A stretch of 64,000 bases of DNA from an uncultured Oscillospiraceae bacterium (GTDB lineage: Bacteria; Bacillota; Clostridia; Oscillospirales; Ruminococcaceae), in contig CAKSAY010000004.1 in assembly GCA_934438055.1 (NCBI GenBank), forward strand, positions 3,351 to 67,350. The letters run 5' to 3'. Each line of letters opens with the position of its first letter. Positions within the stretch are counted from its first letter, which is position 1. Positions 39,962-50,307 of the stretch are shown one piece after another. The notes beneath the pieces are model-generated. The model was not told the origin of the DNA. It ran no database searches and was given only the letters and a program-made list of their open reading frames with translations. The translations under genes were made by a program, and so were the position numbers.

Positions 39962-41761
39962 GTGAATAACGACAACAACAAAAAAGATACGCGTACTCGA
40001 CAAACGGGTCAAGAGCAAAAAAGAAGCATTCCCTTACGCCCCCGCAGACATTGGAACAACAACGGTAATACCAAGGGAGAACAAAAAAATTATCCGACAC
40101 GAAAAACGCCGGTGCGGATTATTCCCATAGGCGGTTTAAACGAAATCGGCAAGAACATGACCTGCATCGAATGCGGGCAGGACATGTTTATCATTGACTG
40201 CGGTCTAGCTTTCCCTGACCCCGATATGTTAGGCGTTGATATTGTTTTGCCGGACGTGACCTATGTTGAGCAAAACATCAATCGCTTAAGGGGCATTGTG
40301 ATTACACACGGTCATGAGGATCACATTGGTGGCGTTCCGTATTTTTTGAAAAAATTTCAAGTTCCTATTTATGGAACAAGGCTCACAATCGGTCTAATTG
40401 AAGAAAAGCTCAAAGAACACAATCTGTTGGGAAAAGCGAAACTGAATGTTTGCCGTCCAAAACAGGTGGTGAAGATGGGATGCATGGGCGTTGAATTCAT
40501 TCGCGTCAATCACTCCATTCCAGACGCTGTTGGTTTTGCTATCCACACGCCGGCTGGTGTGATTGTGCACACCGGTGACTTTAAAGTCGACTACAATCCG
40601 ATTGAGGGAGAAGTGATTGACCTAGCAAGATTTGCAGAGCTGGGCAGCCGCGGCGTTCTCCTGTTGATGTCAGATTCCACAAATGCCGAAAGACCGGGTT
40701 ATACCATGCCGGAAAGAGTTGTGGGAGAATCCTTTCAAAAGCTGTTTAATGCGGCGGGAAACAAGCGAATTATCGTCGCTTCTTTCGCGTCTAACATCCA
40801 CAGAATCCAACAAATCATCGACAATGCCGTTAAATATAAGCGCAAGGTGGCCGTGTCGGGACGAAGCATGGAAAATGTGGTTGCAAAGGCAATTGAGCTT
40901 GACTATCTCAAAGTTCCCGAGGGAATTCTCGTTAACATTGACGCAATTTCGCAATATAAACGCGAAGAGTTGATTATTATAACCACAGGAAGTCAGGGCG
41001 AACCGATGTCGGCTCTTTCGAGAATGGCGGCAGGGGATCACCGTAAGGTAAACATAACGAGTGAAGATTTTATTATCATCTCCGCTTCTCCTATTCCGGG
41101 CAATGAAAAGCATGTAACCCGTGTGGTCAACGATTTAATGCGTTTGGGCGCTAAAGTGATTTATGAAAAAATGTATGAGGTTCACACCTCAGGCCATGCG
41201 TGTCAGGATGAGCTAAAAATGATGCTCTCTTTAGTAAAGCCAAAATATTTCATGCCTGTTCACGGTGAATATAAACATTTAAAGCGCCATTCAGAGGTAG
41301 CGCAGATGATGGGAATTCCCGCTTCAAACATCTATATAGGCGATATTGGTCAGGTGTTGGAAATTGATCATAACGGAATGAAACTCATAGGAACCGTTCC
41401 CTCCGGCCGTGTTTTTGTAGACGGGCTTGGTGTGGGCGACGTTGGGTCGATTGTTTTGCGCGATCGAAAAATTCTCTCAGAAGACGGCCTGATTATCGTA
41501 GTTGCAACCATTGAGAGCCAATCTCGCTGCATTGTGGCTGGGCCGGATTTAGTTTCACGCGGCTTTGTCTATGTGCGCGAATCAGAAAAGCTGATGGAAG
41601 ATGCAAAATATTTGGTCATGCAGGCGCTCGAACAATGCAACAAAAAAAATATCCGTGAGTGGAATGCTATTAAAGCAGCAATACGCGACGAACTTTCTCA
41701 GTTTATCTACCGCAAAACAAAGCGTTCCCCCATGATTCTCCCTATAATCATGGAAATCTAA
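39962..41761 (+). CDS. rnj: ribonuclease J with a ~50-aa basic N-terminal extension
   Basis: Metallo-beta-lactamase/beta-CASP core: IIPIGGLNEIGKNMT, ITHGHEDHIGG, SDSTNAERPG, HTSGHA. GTG start after GAGAGG. Confidence 0.92.
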   Translation: MNNDNNKKDTRTRQTGQEQKRSIPLRPRRHWNNNGNTKGEQKNYPTRKTPVRIIPIGGLNEIGKNMTCIECGQDMFIIDCGLAFPDPDMLGVDIVLPDVTYVEQNINRLRGIVITHGHEDHIGGVPYFLKKFQVPIYGTRLTIGLIEEKLKEHNLLGKAKLNVCRPKQVVKMGCMGVEFIRVNHSIPDAVGFAIHTPAGVIVHTGDFKVDYNPIEGEVIDLARFAELGSRGVLLLMSDSTNAERPGYTMPERVVGESFQKLFNAAGNKRIIVASFASNIHRIQQIIDNAVKYKRKVAVSGRSMENVVAKAIELDYLKVPEGILVNIDAISQYKREELIIITTGSQGEPMSALSRMAAGDHRKVNITSEDFIIISASPIPGNEKHVTRVVNDLMRLGAKVIYEKMYEVHTSGHACQDELKMMLSLVKPKYFMPVHGEYKHLKRHSEVAQMMGIPASNIYIGDIGQVLEIDHNGMKLIGTVPSGRVFVDGLGVGDVGSIVLRDRKILSEDGLIIVVATIESQSRCIVAGPDLVSRGFVYVRESEKLMEDAKYLVMQALEQCNKKNIREWNAIKAAIRDELSQFIYRKTKRSPMILPIIMEI

Positions 41762-41792
41762 ATTGATAGTCTTGACAGAAGGTGTTAGCGCT

Positions 41793-43772
41793 ATGAAATT
41801 AATAAAACATCAGCGTTCCATACTGAATATGCGCGCCATGCTTATCCTATTAATTTGCATGGTAGTTCTGCTTGAAGTAGCGCTTGCATTTTCACGCCTT
41901 TCACTCTTCTTTGCCTCTATGCCAATCGTGATTGCCGTGATTAGCCTGGCTGTTTGGATGATTTGGCGTGCAAATGCAGAGCAGCGTCTTTTTCTGCGCA
42001 AAATTGCCGCTGAATTAGGAACAGAAAATCGTGAAGCGCTCTATCAATTTCCCATGCCCATTGTCGTTTGTTCAAAAGATGGAACCATCGTATGGTATAA
42101 CGATTTGTTTCATGATGAAGTGGCGTTGGGTGTACATTTAACAAACAAAAACTTTTCTCTCATCAGCGGAGAAAAGTTAAATGATTTTTGCAATCGAACC
42201 GGTGTGCAAATTCAGTTTAAAGGGAATTATTATCATGTACACGCTGTACGTGCCCACAATTCTGAAATTTATGTCCTATATTTTGAAAACAACACAACGC
42301 TTATCAAGATAGCCAATGAATATAAACTTTCCAAGCCGTCAGTTTTATTGTTTATGATTGACAACTACGAAGAAATTTTTGAAGACAAAAAGGAAAGTGA
42401 AAAGTCGGCAATATTAGGCGCTATTGATGAGGACATCGAACGTTTTATCGGTCAAACCACAGGCTTTTTCAAACGTCTGTCTCACGATCGCTTTTTAGCT
42501 GTAGTGGAAGATCGCCATCTGCAAACGTTTATTCGGAATCGTTTCCCCATCTTAAACGATGTGAGAAGCATTAGTAAAGATGAACGGACGCCGATTACGC
42601 TCTCTATCGGTGTAGGATGTGCCGCTGATACACTGGCAGAAAGCGAAATTTTTGCCCGCCAAGCTTTAGATATGGCTTTAGGTCGGGGGGGCGATCAAGC
42701 AGCTGTAAAAACCAACAGCGGTTTTGAGTTTTATGGAGGCGTTTCAAAGGGAATTGAAAAACGCACAAAGGTAAAAACCAGAATCATTGCAACTGCACTT
42801 GCTGAGTTTATAGAACAGAGCGACAAAATTTTTGTCATGGGGCACCGTTTCGGAGATTTAGACTGTATGGGCGCCTCAATTGGAATGGCGAGAGCAATAC
42901 AATTAATGGGAAAGCCCTGTCATATCGCTGTGGATTATAACAAAAACCTCGCCACTTCTCTGCTGGATCGAATCAAAGAGAGCGGTAACGGGGATCTGTT
43001 CATCCAACCGGATAATGCCATAAGCCAGGTGACCCCCAAAACCCTACTGATCATCATTGACACACACAATCCTGATTTTATTGAATCTCCGGCTTTATAT
43101 CTGCAATGCGAAAACGTTGTCGTCATCGATCACCACCGAAAAATGGTTCGATATATTGAACCGACTGTTATCTTCTATCACGAACCCTATGCATCCTCAG
43201 CGTCAGAAATGGTAACGGAATTGATTCAATATATGGGAGACTTTAAACTAGGAGCGTTAGAAGCAGAGGGTCTTTTAGCGGGCATCATGCTGGATACGAA
43301 AAATTTTGTCATCAAAACAGGCGTGCGGACGTTTGAAGCAGCAGCCTATCTAAAACAGCTAGGCGCTGACACCGTCGCCGTCAGGAAACTATTTTCCAAC
43401 ACAATTGACGCTTATCAAAAAAAGACGCGCATTGTCTCGAATGCTGAAACTTACCGTAATTGTGCAATCGCCATTGGCGACTTTAAAAGTGAAGATATGC
43501 GCATAGTGGCGCCACAAGCGGCTGATGAGCTTTTAGGAATTTCAGGTGTTGATGCCTCGTTTGTTCTCTATGTCACCGGCTCAACGGTGAACATTTCATC
43601 CCGTTCTCTGGGTGCAGTCAATGCACAGCTCATCATGGAAAGTCTCGGTGGTGGCGGCCATCAAACTATGGCGGCTTGTCAGATGGAAAACACCAATCTT
43701 GAAAACGCACGTCAGCTTTTGTTAGAAGCAATTGATCGATATTTAGAGCAACATCCTAAAAAAGAATCATAA
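41793..43772 (+). CDS. gdpP: cyclic-di-AMP phosphodiesterase GdpP (YybT family: 2 TM, PAS-like, degenerate GGDEF, DHH/DHHA1)
   Basis: DHH motifs (HRFGDLDCMGAS, IDTHN, VIDHHR) and DHHA1 GGGGHQTMAA. Conserved gdpP-rplI-dnaB synteny. Start taken at the ATG at 41793; the track ORF starts at 41763. Confidence 0.88.
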   Translation: MKLIKHQRSILNMRAMLILLICMVVLLEVALAFSRLSLFFASMPIVIAVISLAVWMIWRANAEQRLFLRKIAAELGTENREALYQFPMPIVVCSKDGTIVWYNDLFHDEVALGVHLTNKNFSLISGEKLNDFCNRTGVQIQFKGNYYHVHAVRAHNSEIYVLYFENNTTLIKIANEYKLSKPSVLLFMIDNYEEIFEDKKESEKSAILGAIDEDIERFIGQTTGFFKRLSHDRFLAVVEDRHLQTFIRNRFPILNDVRSISKDERTPITLSIGVGCAADTLAESEIFARQALDMALGRGGDQAAVKTNSGFEFYGGVSKGIEKRTKVKTRIIATALAEFIEQSDKIFVMGHRFGDLDCMGASIGMARAIQLMGKPCHIAVDYNKNLATSLLDRIKESGNGDLFIQPDNAISQVTPKTLLIIIDTHNPDFIESPALYLQCENVVVIDHHRKMVRYIEPTVIFYHEPYASSASEMVTELIQYMGDFKLGALEAEGLLAGIMLDTKNFVIKTGVRTFEAAAYLKQLGADTVAVRKLFSNTIDAYQKKTRIVSNAETYRNCAIAIGDFKSEDMRIVAPQAADELLGISGVDASFVLYVTGSTVNISSRSLGAVNAQLIMESLGGGGHQTMAACQMENTNLENARQLLLEAIDRYLEQHPKKES

Positions 43773-43796
43773 GTCAAGCTGCAAGGAGGAAACAAA

Positions 43797-44240
43797 ATGA
43801 AAGTAATTTTGCTCGAAAACGTAAAAGGAACGGGAAACAAAGGAGATTTGGTGAATGTCAGCGACGGATATGCCAGAAATTTTCTTTTCAAAAAGAACCT
43901 TGCCCAGGCGGCAACAAATCAGGCAATCGGCGAAAAAAAGGCGCGCGATAACGCAAAGGAATTTCACTATCAAGAGCAGGTAAAAGCCGCTGAGGGACTG
44001 GCCAAAAAGCTAGAAGGAAAGTCCATCGCAATTGAAGCAAAAGCCGGCGATAACGGTAAACTGTTTGGTTCAGTCACTGCACGAGAAATAGCGCAAATTG
44101 TAAAATCCACATATAATATTCCTGTGGATAAACGAAAGATAACTGTGGACGAGATCAAGTCTTTTGGAATCTTTCCATTCAAAATCAAACTCATGAACGG
44201 CGTATATGCACAAATGAAAGTGGAAGTAAAAGAACAATAA
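43797..44240 (+). CDS. rplI: 50S ribosomal protein L9
   Basis: [31 protein letters not shown]-terminus, 147 aa. Confidence 0.95.
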   Translation: MKVILLENVKGTGNKGDLVNVSDGYARNFLFKKNLAQAATNQAIGEKKARDNAKEFHYQEQVKAAEGLAKKLEGKSIAIEAKAGDNGKLFGSVTAREIAQIVKSTYNIPVDKRKITVDEIKSFGIFPFKIKLMNGVYAQMKVEVKEQ

Positions 44241-44283
44241 ACCGTCTAGAGAGCAACATCTAATTTGAAAGAGTGAAAAAGCT

Positions 44284-45621
44284 ATGGCATTAGAAGAAAG
44301 TATGGAATTTTCGCAGCTTCCTTTCAGCTTAGAAGCAGAACAGTCCGTTTTAGGAGGCCTCCTTTTAAAACCGGAGGCTATTTCTGACGCTTTAAAATAT
44401 ATTGGAATCCATTCGTTCTATCAAAAGCAGCATCAAATGCTCTTTTCAATCATTGCACGTCTTTTCACGGCGGGCAATCCGGTTGACATCATCACTGTCA
44501 TGGATCAGTCTCTAACAGAGGGTGTGTTTGACACCGAAGAGAACGCAAAAGTATACTTATCGCGCTTAATTGATATGGTTCCAACAGTTACCAACCTAGA
44601 GAGTTACTGCAAAATTGTCAGAGAGAAATACTACGTTCGCTCTCTCATCACAGCAGCGCAGGAAATCATAACAATAGCGACAGAAAATAGTTCAGATGCA
44701 GACACCATCATCGACGCAGCAGAACAAAAAATTTACAATATTCGAGGGAGTCAATTCACCTCCAGCCTGCTCCCCATCAAAGATCTTATCAATCGCGAGT
44801 TTGACCATCTCGAAACGCTCACCAATGGAGAAAATCAACAAAATCTCTCGAGTGGTTTTTCAAGTCTCGACGCCATTTTAACGGGGCTAAGTCCATCCGA
44901 CTTGATCATTTTAGCCGCTCGTCCGGCAATGGGAAAGACGAGTTTTGCATTAAACATCGCTGTAAATGCAGCAAAAAGAAGTGGAAAGGATATCGCCATC
45001 TTTTCTTTAGAAATGTCGAGCCAACAGCTGGTAGAGCGAATGTTAGCGTCAGAGAGCAGGATTCAGTCGAATAAACTGCACACAGGTTTTTTAGAGCAGG
45101 AAGAATGGGCCTCTTTGGCTTCAGGTGCACAAAAACTAAGTGAAACAAACATCTATTTAGACGACACCCCCAGCATCACAGTAACGGAAATGAAAGGAAA
45201 ATTGCGACGCCTCTCAAACCTTGGACTGGTAGTCATCGACTATCTTCAATTGATGTCAACAGGACGTCGAGACGGCAATCGCGTGCAGGAAATTTCGGAA
45301 ATCACCCGAAATTTAAAAATTCTTGCCAAGGAGCTAAACGTCCCCGTCATCTCGCTCTCACAGTTGGCACGTGGACCTGAATCCAGGCAAGATCACCGAC
45401 CAATGCTCTCCGACCTCCGTGAGTCCGGATCTATTGAGCAAGATGCGGATATTGTTCTGTTTTTATATCGAGACGAATACTATAATCCTGAAGACGGAAA
45501 GGTTGGAATTGCTGAATGTATCGTAGCCAAAAACAGGCATGGCGAGGTGGGAACAATTGAATTGAGCTGGAACGGCCAATTCACAAGATTCAGCGGATTG
45601 GATTTGACCCATCATGAATAG
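44284..45621 (+). CDS. dnaB: replicative DNA helicase (DnaB family)
   Basis: PFSLEAEQSVLGGLL N-terminus, Walker A ARPAMGKTSF, VVIDYLQLM, SQLARGPE, RESGSIEQDAD. Confidence 0.95.
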   Translation: MALEESMEFSQLPFSLEAEQSVLGGLLLKPEAISDALKYIGIHSFYQKQHQMLFSIIARLFTAGNPVDIITVMDQSLTEGVFDTEENAKVYLSRLIDMVPTVTNLESYCKIVREKYYVRSLITAAQEIITIATENSSDADTIIDAAEQKIYNIRGSQFTSSLLPIKDLINREFDHLETLTNGENQQNLSSGFSSLDAILTGLSPSDLIILAARPAMGKTSFALNIAVNAAKRSGKDIAIFSLEMSSQQLVERMLASESRIQSNKLHTGFLEQEEWASLASGAQKLSETNIYLDDTPSITVTEMKGKLRRLSNLGLVVIDYLQLMSTGRRDGNRVQEISEITRNLKILAKELNVPVISLSQLARGPESRQDHRPMLSDLRESGSIEQDADIVLFLYRDEYYNPEDGKVGIAECIVAKNRHGEVGTIELSWNGQFTRFSGLDLTHHE

Positions 45622-46957
45622 AATTCAAAAGGCGGTTTCAAAATATTTTCAAGACGGTCAAACGGTAGTCGTAGGTGTTTCAGGGGGAGCCGATTCGATG
45701 ACGCTGTTAGATAGTCTTATGCACTGTGGCAAAAACCTACGCCTAATTGTGGCGCACATCAACCATAAACTTAGGCAAGAAGAAAGCACTCGGGATGAAG
45801 CGTTTGTACAACAATACTGCGAAGAAAATGCGCTGGAGTTTCGGCTCAAACAAGTTGATATACAAAAACAAGCCAAAATCTCAGGTTGTTCCATTGAAGT
45901 CTGCGGACGTATGGAAAGATACCGTTTTTTTTCCTCTCTCTGCCCAGAAGACGGAAAAATCGCCACAGCGCACACACTTTCAGATCGCGCTGAAACCATG
46001 CTGTTTCATATGATAAGGGGAACCTCCATCACAGGTCTATCCTCTATTCCCCGAAAACGAGGAAAAATCGTGCGACCGCTAATTGACTTCACTCGAACAC
46101 AAATCGAGGATTACTGCCAAACACATGAAGTTCCGTTTGTCAACGATTCTACCAATCAAAGCACAGTTTATACACGCAACAAAATACGAATTGAACTATT
46201 GCCGCTTATGCGGGAAATCAATCCATGTCTCGAACAGCATATTGGCAATTTGGTTGAGGAATTGTCTGAAGACGATGAATACCTATTCTCACATGCAAAG
46301 CAATATTATAAAAAGATTTTCTACAATGGTAGACTCTCCATTGAAAATTGGAAAGCAATCCCCAATCCGCTCAAAAGCAGGGTGTTGGTTCTATTTCTCA
46401 AAGAAAAAAAAGTTTCATATGACTATCAGGCTATCTCCACACTTCTGTCAATCTGTGAGCAACAACAGGGTCGTTGTAGTTTATCAAGCAACTATGAAGC
46501 TTTTGTTTTAAAAAAGCAACTCCTAGTTGAAAAAAAGCAGGCGCCTTGCGCACCATTCTCATATTTGATAACGCCCTTTTGTGCATACTATTTTCAAAAT
46601 CTTCAAAATTTGCGTGTAGAATTCTGTGATATTGGCAATTATGCCGATTTTTTAAACTCTTGTGAGAATTCCTTTATTTCTGCGCTCGATTATGATAAAA
46701 TAAAAGGTACCATCCTGTTAAGACAGCGATTGCCGGGTGATACCATACGTTTATCGGCGCGGCCAAACAAGTCATTAAAAAAACTGATGAATGAAAATTG
46801 TATTCCGGTCTATTTGCGCAGCCGTCTTGCTGTTCTTTCAGATGAGAACGGTTTATTATGGGTGCAAAATGTTGGTATAGATGTCCGCGTTTGCGTGTCA
46901 GAAAACACACAGAATCTTCTTCTCCTAGTCTGGAATAAACAGAATATAGAAAGGTAA
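45614..46957 (+). CDS. tilS: tRNA(Ile)-lysidine synthase
   Basis: PP-loop VGVSGGADSMTL. tilS-hpt-ftsH synteny. Confidence 0.9.
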   Translation: MNRIQKAVSKYFQDGQTVVVGVSGGADSMTLLDSLMHCGKNLRLIVAHINHKLRQEESTRDEAFVQQYCEENALEFRLKQVDIQKQAKISGCSIEVCGRMERYRFFSSLCPEDGKIATAHTLSDRAETMLFHMIRGTSITGLSSIPRKRGKIVRPLIDFTRTQIEDYCQTHEVPFVNDSTNQSTVYTRNKIRIELLPLMREINPCLEQHIGNLVEELSEDDEYLFSHAKQYYKKIFYNGRLSIENWKAIPNPLKSRVLVLFLKEKKVSYDYQAISTLLSICEQQQGRCSLSSNYEAFVLKKQLLVEKKQAPCAPFSYLITPFCAYYFQNLQNLRVEFCDIGNYADFLNSCENSFISALDYDKIKGTILLRQRLPGDTIRLSARPNKSLKKLMNENCIPVYLRSRLAVLSDENGLLWVQNVGIDVRVCVSENTQNLLLLVWNKQNIER

Positions 46958-47505
46958 TGAAAATTATGAATCGTGATGTGCAAAGCATTCTTTTTGCAGA
47001 GGATGAAATCAAACAAAGAGTTGCCCAAATGGGTGAACAAATCAGCCGTGACTATCAAGGAAAGGAACTGGTTCTTTTGGGGATATTGCGCGGCTGCGTT
47101 GTATTTTTAAGCGATTTAATGCGGCATATAACCGTTCCCTGTGAAATTGATTTTATGTCTGTTTCAAGCTATGGATTCGGAGCGCAAACCACCGGAGCTG
47201 TCACGATTCGCCATGATATGACAATGGACCCAAAAGGAAAAAATCTTTTAATTGTTGAGGATATTTTAGACACCGGCGTCACATTGTCTCATGTTAAGCC
47301 CGCTTTAGAACAAAGAGGCGCTGCATCAGTAAAAATTGCATCGCTGCTCGATAAGCCCTCCAGACGTAAAGTTGATATTCAATTAGATTATTATGGTTTT
47401 TCAACGCCGAATCAGTTCTTAGTCGGCTATGGTTTAGACTATGCCGAAAAATATAGAAACCTACCCTACATAGGCGTCCTCAAGCCCGAAATATATCAAA
47501 AATAA
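46957..47505 (+). CDS. hpt: hypoxanthine phosphoribosyltransferase
   Basis: PRPP-binding LLIVEDILDTGVTLS and GYGLDYAEKYRNLPYIGVL. Confidence 0.93.
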   Translation: MKIMNRDVQSILFAEDEIKQRVAQMGEQISRDYQGKELVLLGILRGCVVFLSDLMRHITVPCEIDFMSVSSYGFGAQTTGAVTIRHDMTMDPKGKNLLIVEDILDTGVTLSHVKPALEQRGAASVKIASLLDKPSRRKVDIQLDYYGFSTPNQFLVGYGLDYAEKYRNLPYIGVLKPEIYQK

Positions 47506-47625
47506 ATTCATATTTTAAACGCAATAGACTTCGTGTCAGATAAAACCTCCCAAAGACCGTGTGTTTGGATGAGAGATAATTTCTGAAAGTCAAATTTTAT
47601 GTTACACCTGAAAGGAGATGTTACT

Positions 47626-49578
47626 TTGGGAAACAATAAAGGCAGCAAGGGCTATATTCTACCAATTGTTATTATTATTCTGGTTGCGATTATGGGGATG
47701 TTTCTTCTCTCCACAATGGGCACACCACCAAGCAATTTAAAATACTATCAGGTAGTAAATTACTATCAAACAGACCAAGTAGCAGAATCCACCCTTGATC
47801 TGGGTAGTGGACAGCTTGACTTTAAGCTCAAGGGAGATAACCAAAAAACACAAACGTATAAAGTGCCCAGTGTTTCTCTTTTTGTTGAAACGGTCAATGA
47901 CGCCATCATGACCAACCATGCAAATGATTTGGATAGCGCGGCAAATATAATCGACTATGAACCGGCAACAGATAACTCCTGGATTATCACCATTATCCCT
48001 TCGTTGTTAGGCATTCTGCTTTTGGTAGGCCTGTTTATTTTTATGATGAAGCAAAGCGGCGCCGGTGCCGGAAAAATGGGGCAATTTGGCAAAGCTAATC
48101 TGAAAAACACGATGGAAAAGGGTAGAAAGACAACATTTGATGAGGTTGCGGGCGCAGAAGAAGAAAAAGCCGAATTAACAGAAATTGTTGAGTTTCTCAA
48201 AGACCCGCGCAAGTTTAATGAAATTGGTGCCCGCATTCCTAAAGGCGTTCTGCTCATTGGCCCTCCGGGAACCGGTAAAACGCTTTTGGCTCGTGCCGTT
48301 GCCGGAGAAGCCGGCGTGCCGTTCTTCTCCATTTCCGGATCGGACTTTGTGGAAATGTATGTCGGCGTTGGTGCGTCAAGAGTGCGTGATTTATTTGAAC
48401 AGGCAAAAAAGAATGCGCCTGCCATTATCTTTATTGATGAGATTGACGCAGTGGGAAGACAGCGTGGCGCAGGGCTAGGCGGAGGTCATGACGAACGTGA
48501 GCAAACTCTCAACCAGCTGCTTGTTGAAATGGACGGATTTGGCGCAAATGAAGGTGTGATCATCATTGCAGCAACCAACCGCCGTGATATTCTCGACCCC
48601 GCCCTGCTCCGTTCAGGACGTTTTGATCGCCAGGTAATCGTTGGTTATCCTGACGTCAAAGGCAGAGAAGAAATCTTAAAGGTTCATGCGAGAAACAAAC
48701 CGCTTGGATTTGACGTTGACTTAAGCATCATTGCAAAATCTACAGTTGGCTTCACCGGCGCGGATCTTGAGAGCTTGATGAATGAAGCGGCATTGTTGGC
48801 GGCACGTAAGAATCATAAAGCAATCACATTGACCGATATTGAAGAAGCAACCATAAAGGTGATTGCCGGCCCTGAAAAGAAATCTAAGATAATTACTGAT
48901 AAAGAGAAGAAACTGACAGCTTATCATGAAGCAGGCCACGCCGTTAGCACCTATTACTGTAAAACGCTCGATCCCGTTCATCAGATTTCGATCATTCCTC
49001 GGGGTATGGCCGGCGGCTATACACTCTCTCTGCCGGAGCAAGATGCAAGTTACGTGCTTCGTGAACACATGAAAGAAGAACTCATCACTCTTCTTGGCGG
49101 CCGCGTGGCGGAATCGCTCGTTTTGGGAGACATTTCAACAGGCGCTTCTAATGATATTGAACGCGCCACTGATATTGCAAGAAAGATGGTAACCAAATAT
49201 GGCTTTACTGATGATTTGGGTCCCATTGTCTACGGTGCAGCAGAGCATGAGGTTTTCCTGGGGAGAGACTTAAATAACACCAGGAACTACTCTGAAACGG
49301 TTGCAACCGCAATTGATAAAGAAATTCGCAAATTGGTTGACATAGCGTATGAAAAGTGTTCAGAAATCCTATCTACGCATATTGATCAGCTGCATCTGGT
49401 AGCGCAATATCTTATCCGCCGCGAAAAGGTGGACGGTCAAGAATTTAAAGACCTGATGGAAGGCGTCATCACAACTGCTGATATTGAAGAAATGGACGCA
49501 AAAGCAAAAGCACGTGAAGAACAAAAGGAAAAGGAAAAACAAGATCAGTCTGCACAAACAGATGAATCTGCACAATAA
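47626..49578 (+). CDS. ftsH: ATP-dependent zinc metalloprotease FtsH
   Basis: [31 protein letters not shown] region, HEAGHA zinc site. Probable TTG start at 47626 after AAAGGAG. Confidence 0.95.
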   Translation: MGNNKGSKGYILPIVIIILVAIMGMFLLSTMGTPPSNLKYYQVVNYYQTDQVAESTLDLGSGQLDFKLKGDNQKTQTYKVPSVSLFVETVNDAIMTNHANDLDSAANIIDYEPATDNSWIITIIPSLLGILLLVGLFIFMMKQSGAGAGKMGQFGKANLKNTMEKGRKTTFDEVAGAEEEKAELTEIVEFLKDPRKFNEIGARIPKGVLLIGPPGTGKTLLARAVAGEAGVPFFSISGSDFVEMYVGVGASRVRDLFEQAKKNAPAIIFIDEIDAVGRQRGAGLGGGHDEREQTLNQLLVEMDGFGANEGVIIIAATNRRDILDPALLRSGRFDRQVIVGYPDVKGREEILKVHARNKPLGFDVDLSIIAKSTVGFTGADLESLMNEAALLAARKNHKAITLTDIEEATIKVIAGPEKKSKIITDKEKKLTAYHEAGHAVSTYYCKTLDPVHQISIIPRGMAGGYTLSLPEQDASYVLREHMKEELITLLGGRVAESLVLGDISTGASNDIERATDIARKMVTKYGFTDDLGPIVYGAAEHEVFLGRDLNNTRNYSETVATAIDKEIRKLVDIAYEKCSEILSTHIDQLHLVAQYLIRREKVDGQEFKDLMEGVITTADIEEMDAKAKAREEQKEKEKQDQSAQTDESAQ

Positions 49579-49582
49579 AATA

Positions 49583-49622
49583 AAAAACGTCTCGGATTAT
49601 AATCATCCGAGACGTTTTTTAT
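49583..49622 (+). terminator. intrinsic terminator after ftsH
   Basis: AAAAACGTCTCGGAT / ATCCGAGACGTTTTT 15-bp stem plus a T-run. Confidence 0.9.
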
Positions 49623-49740
49623 TAAGCACTGTGAAAACGCTACCCCATTGCTGCCCAAAAATTCCTCAAAACAAACCCTTTAAAGCAGTTGCAAACCAAG
49701 CAGCATTGTCCTATCATGCTTGGTCAGATGACATAAATCT

Positions 49741-50238
49741 TCATTGAAGAATGCAGTCATCCTTTTTGCAACACGAAAGTTTACCGGAACGAAGTCTACG
49801 AAAAAATGTTTGCAAAACAGCAATGGATTCTTCTTCACACACGCCGCCTACAACTTCCGGATGATGATTATACGACAGCGCAGCAAGATTGACAACAGAA
49901 GCCAGCGAACCCGCCTTAGCGTTATAAGCTCCAAACACAACCCTATCAATTCGTGCATTTATAATAGCGCCGGCACACATAGCACAGGGTTCAAGCGTCA
50001 CATAAAGAGTCGCGTTTGGAATTCTCCATCCGCCCAATATCTTGGCAGCATCCTGAATGGCTAAAAGCTCTGCATGGGCAAGCGGGTTCTTGTCAATCTC
50101 ACGACGATTGCAGGCAAAAGAGATGATTGCATTATTTTGCACCAAAACAGCGCCAATTGGTGTTTCTCCTAATCTAGCCGCTAATTCTGCTTGTCCTAAT
50201 GCAATACGCATATAGGTTCTATCTATCTCTTCATTCAT
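49741..50238 (-). CDS. tadA: tRNA adenosine(34) deaminase
   Basis: HAELLAI and PCAMCAGA zinc-binding CDA motifs, 165 aa. Confidence 0.9.
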   Translation of the reverse strand: MNEEIDRTYMRIALGQAELAARLGETPIGAVLVQNNAIISFACNRREIDKNPLAHAELLAIQDAAKILGGWRIPNATLYVTLEPCAMCAGAIINARIDRVVFGAYNAKAGSLASVVNLAALSYNHHPEVVGGVCEEESIAVLQTFFRRLRSGKLSCCKKDDCILQ

Positions 50239-50307
50239 AAAACAGCCCTCCTAGAGCAAAAAAACAGCCAACAGGAGCATTCCTTGTTGGCTGCATACAC
50301 TTTTTTA

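Noticed and set aside
49623-49740. SRP (scRNA/4.5S) RNA expected downstream of tadA, as in Bacillus
   Set aside because: No SRP domain IV motifs are recognisable. Only a modest hairpin (ACCAAGCA...TGCTTGGT) is present, and it is more likely the tadA terminator.
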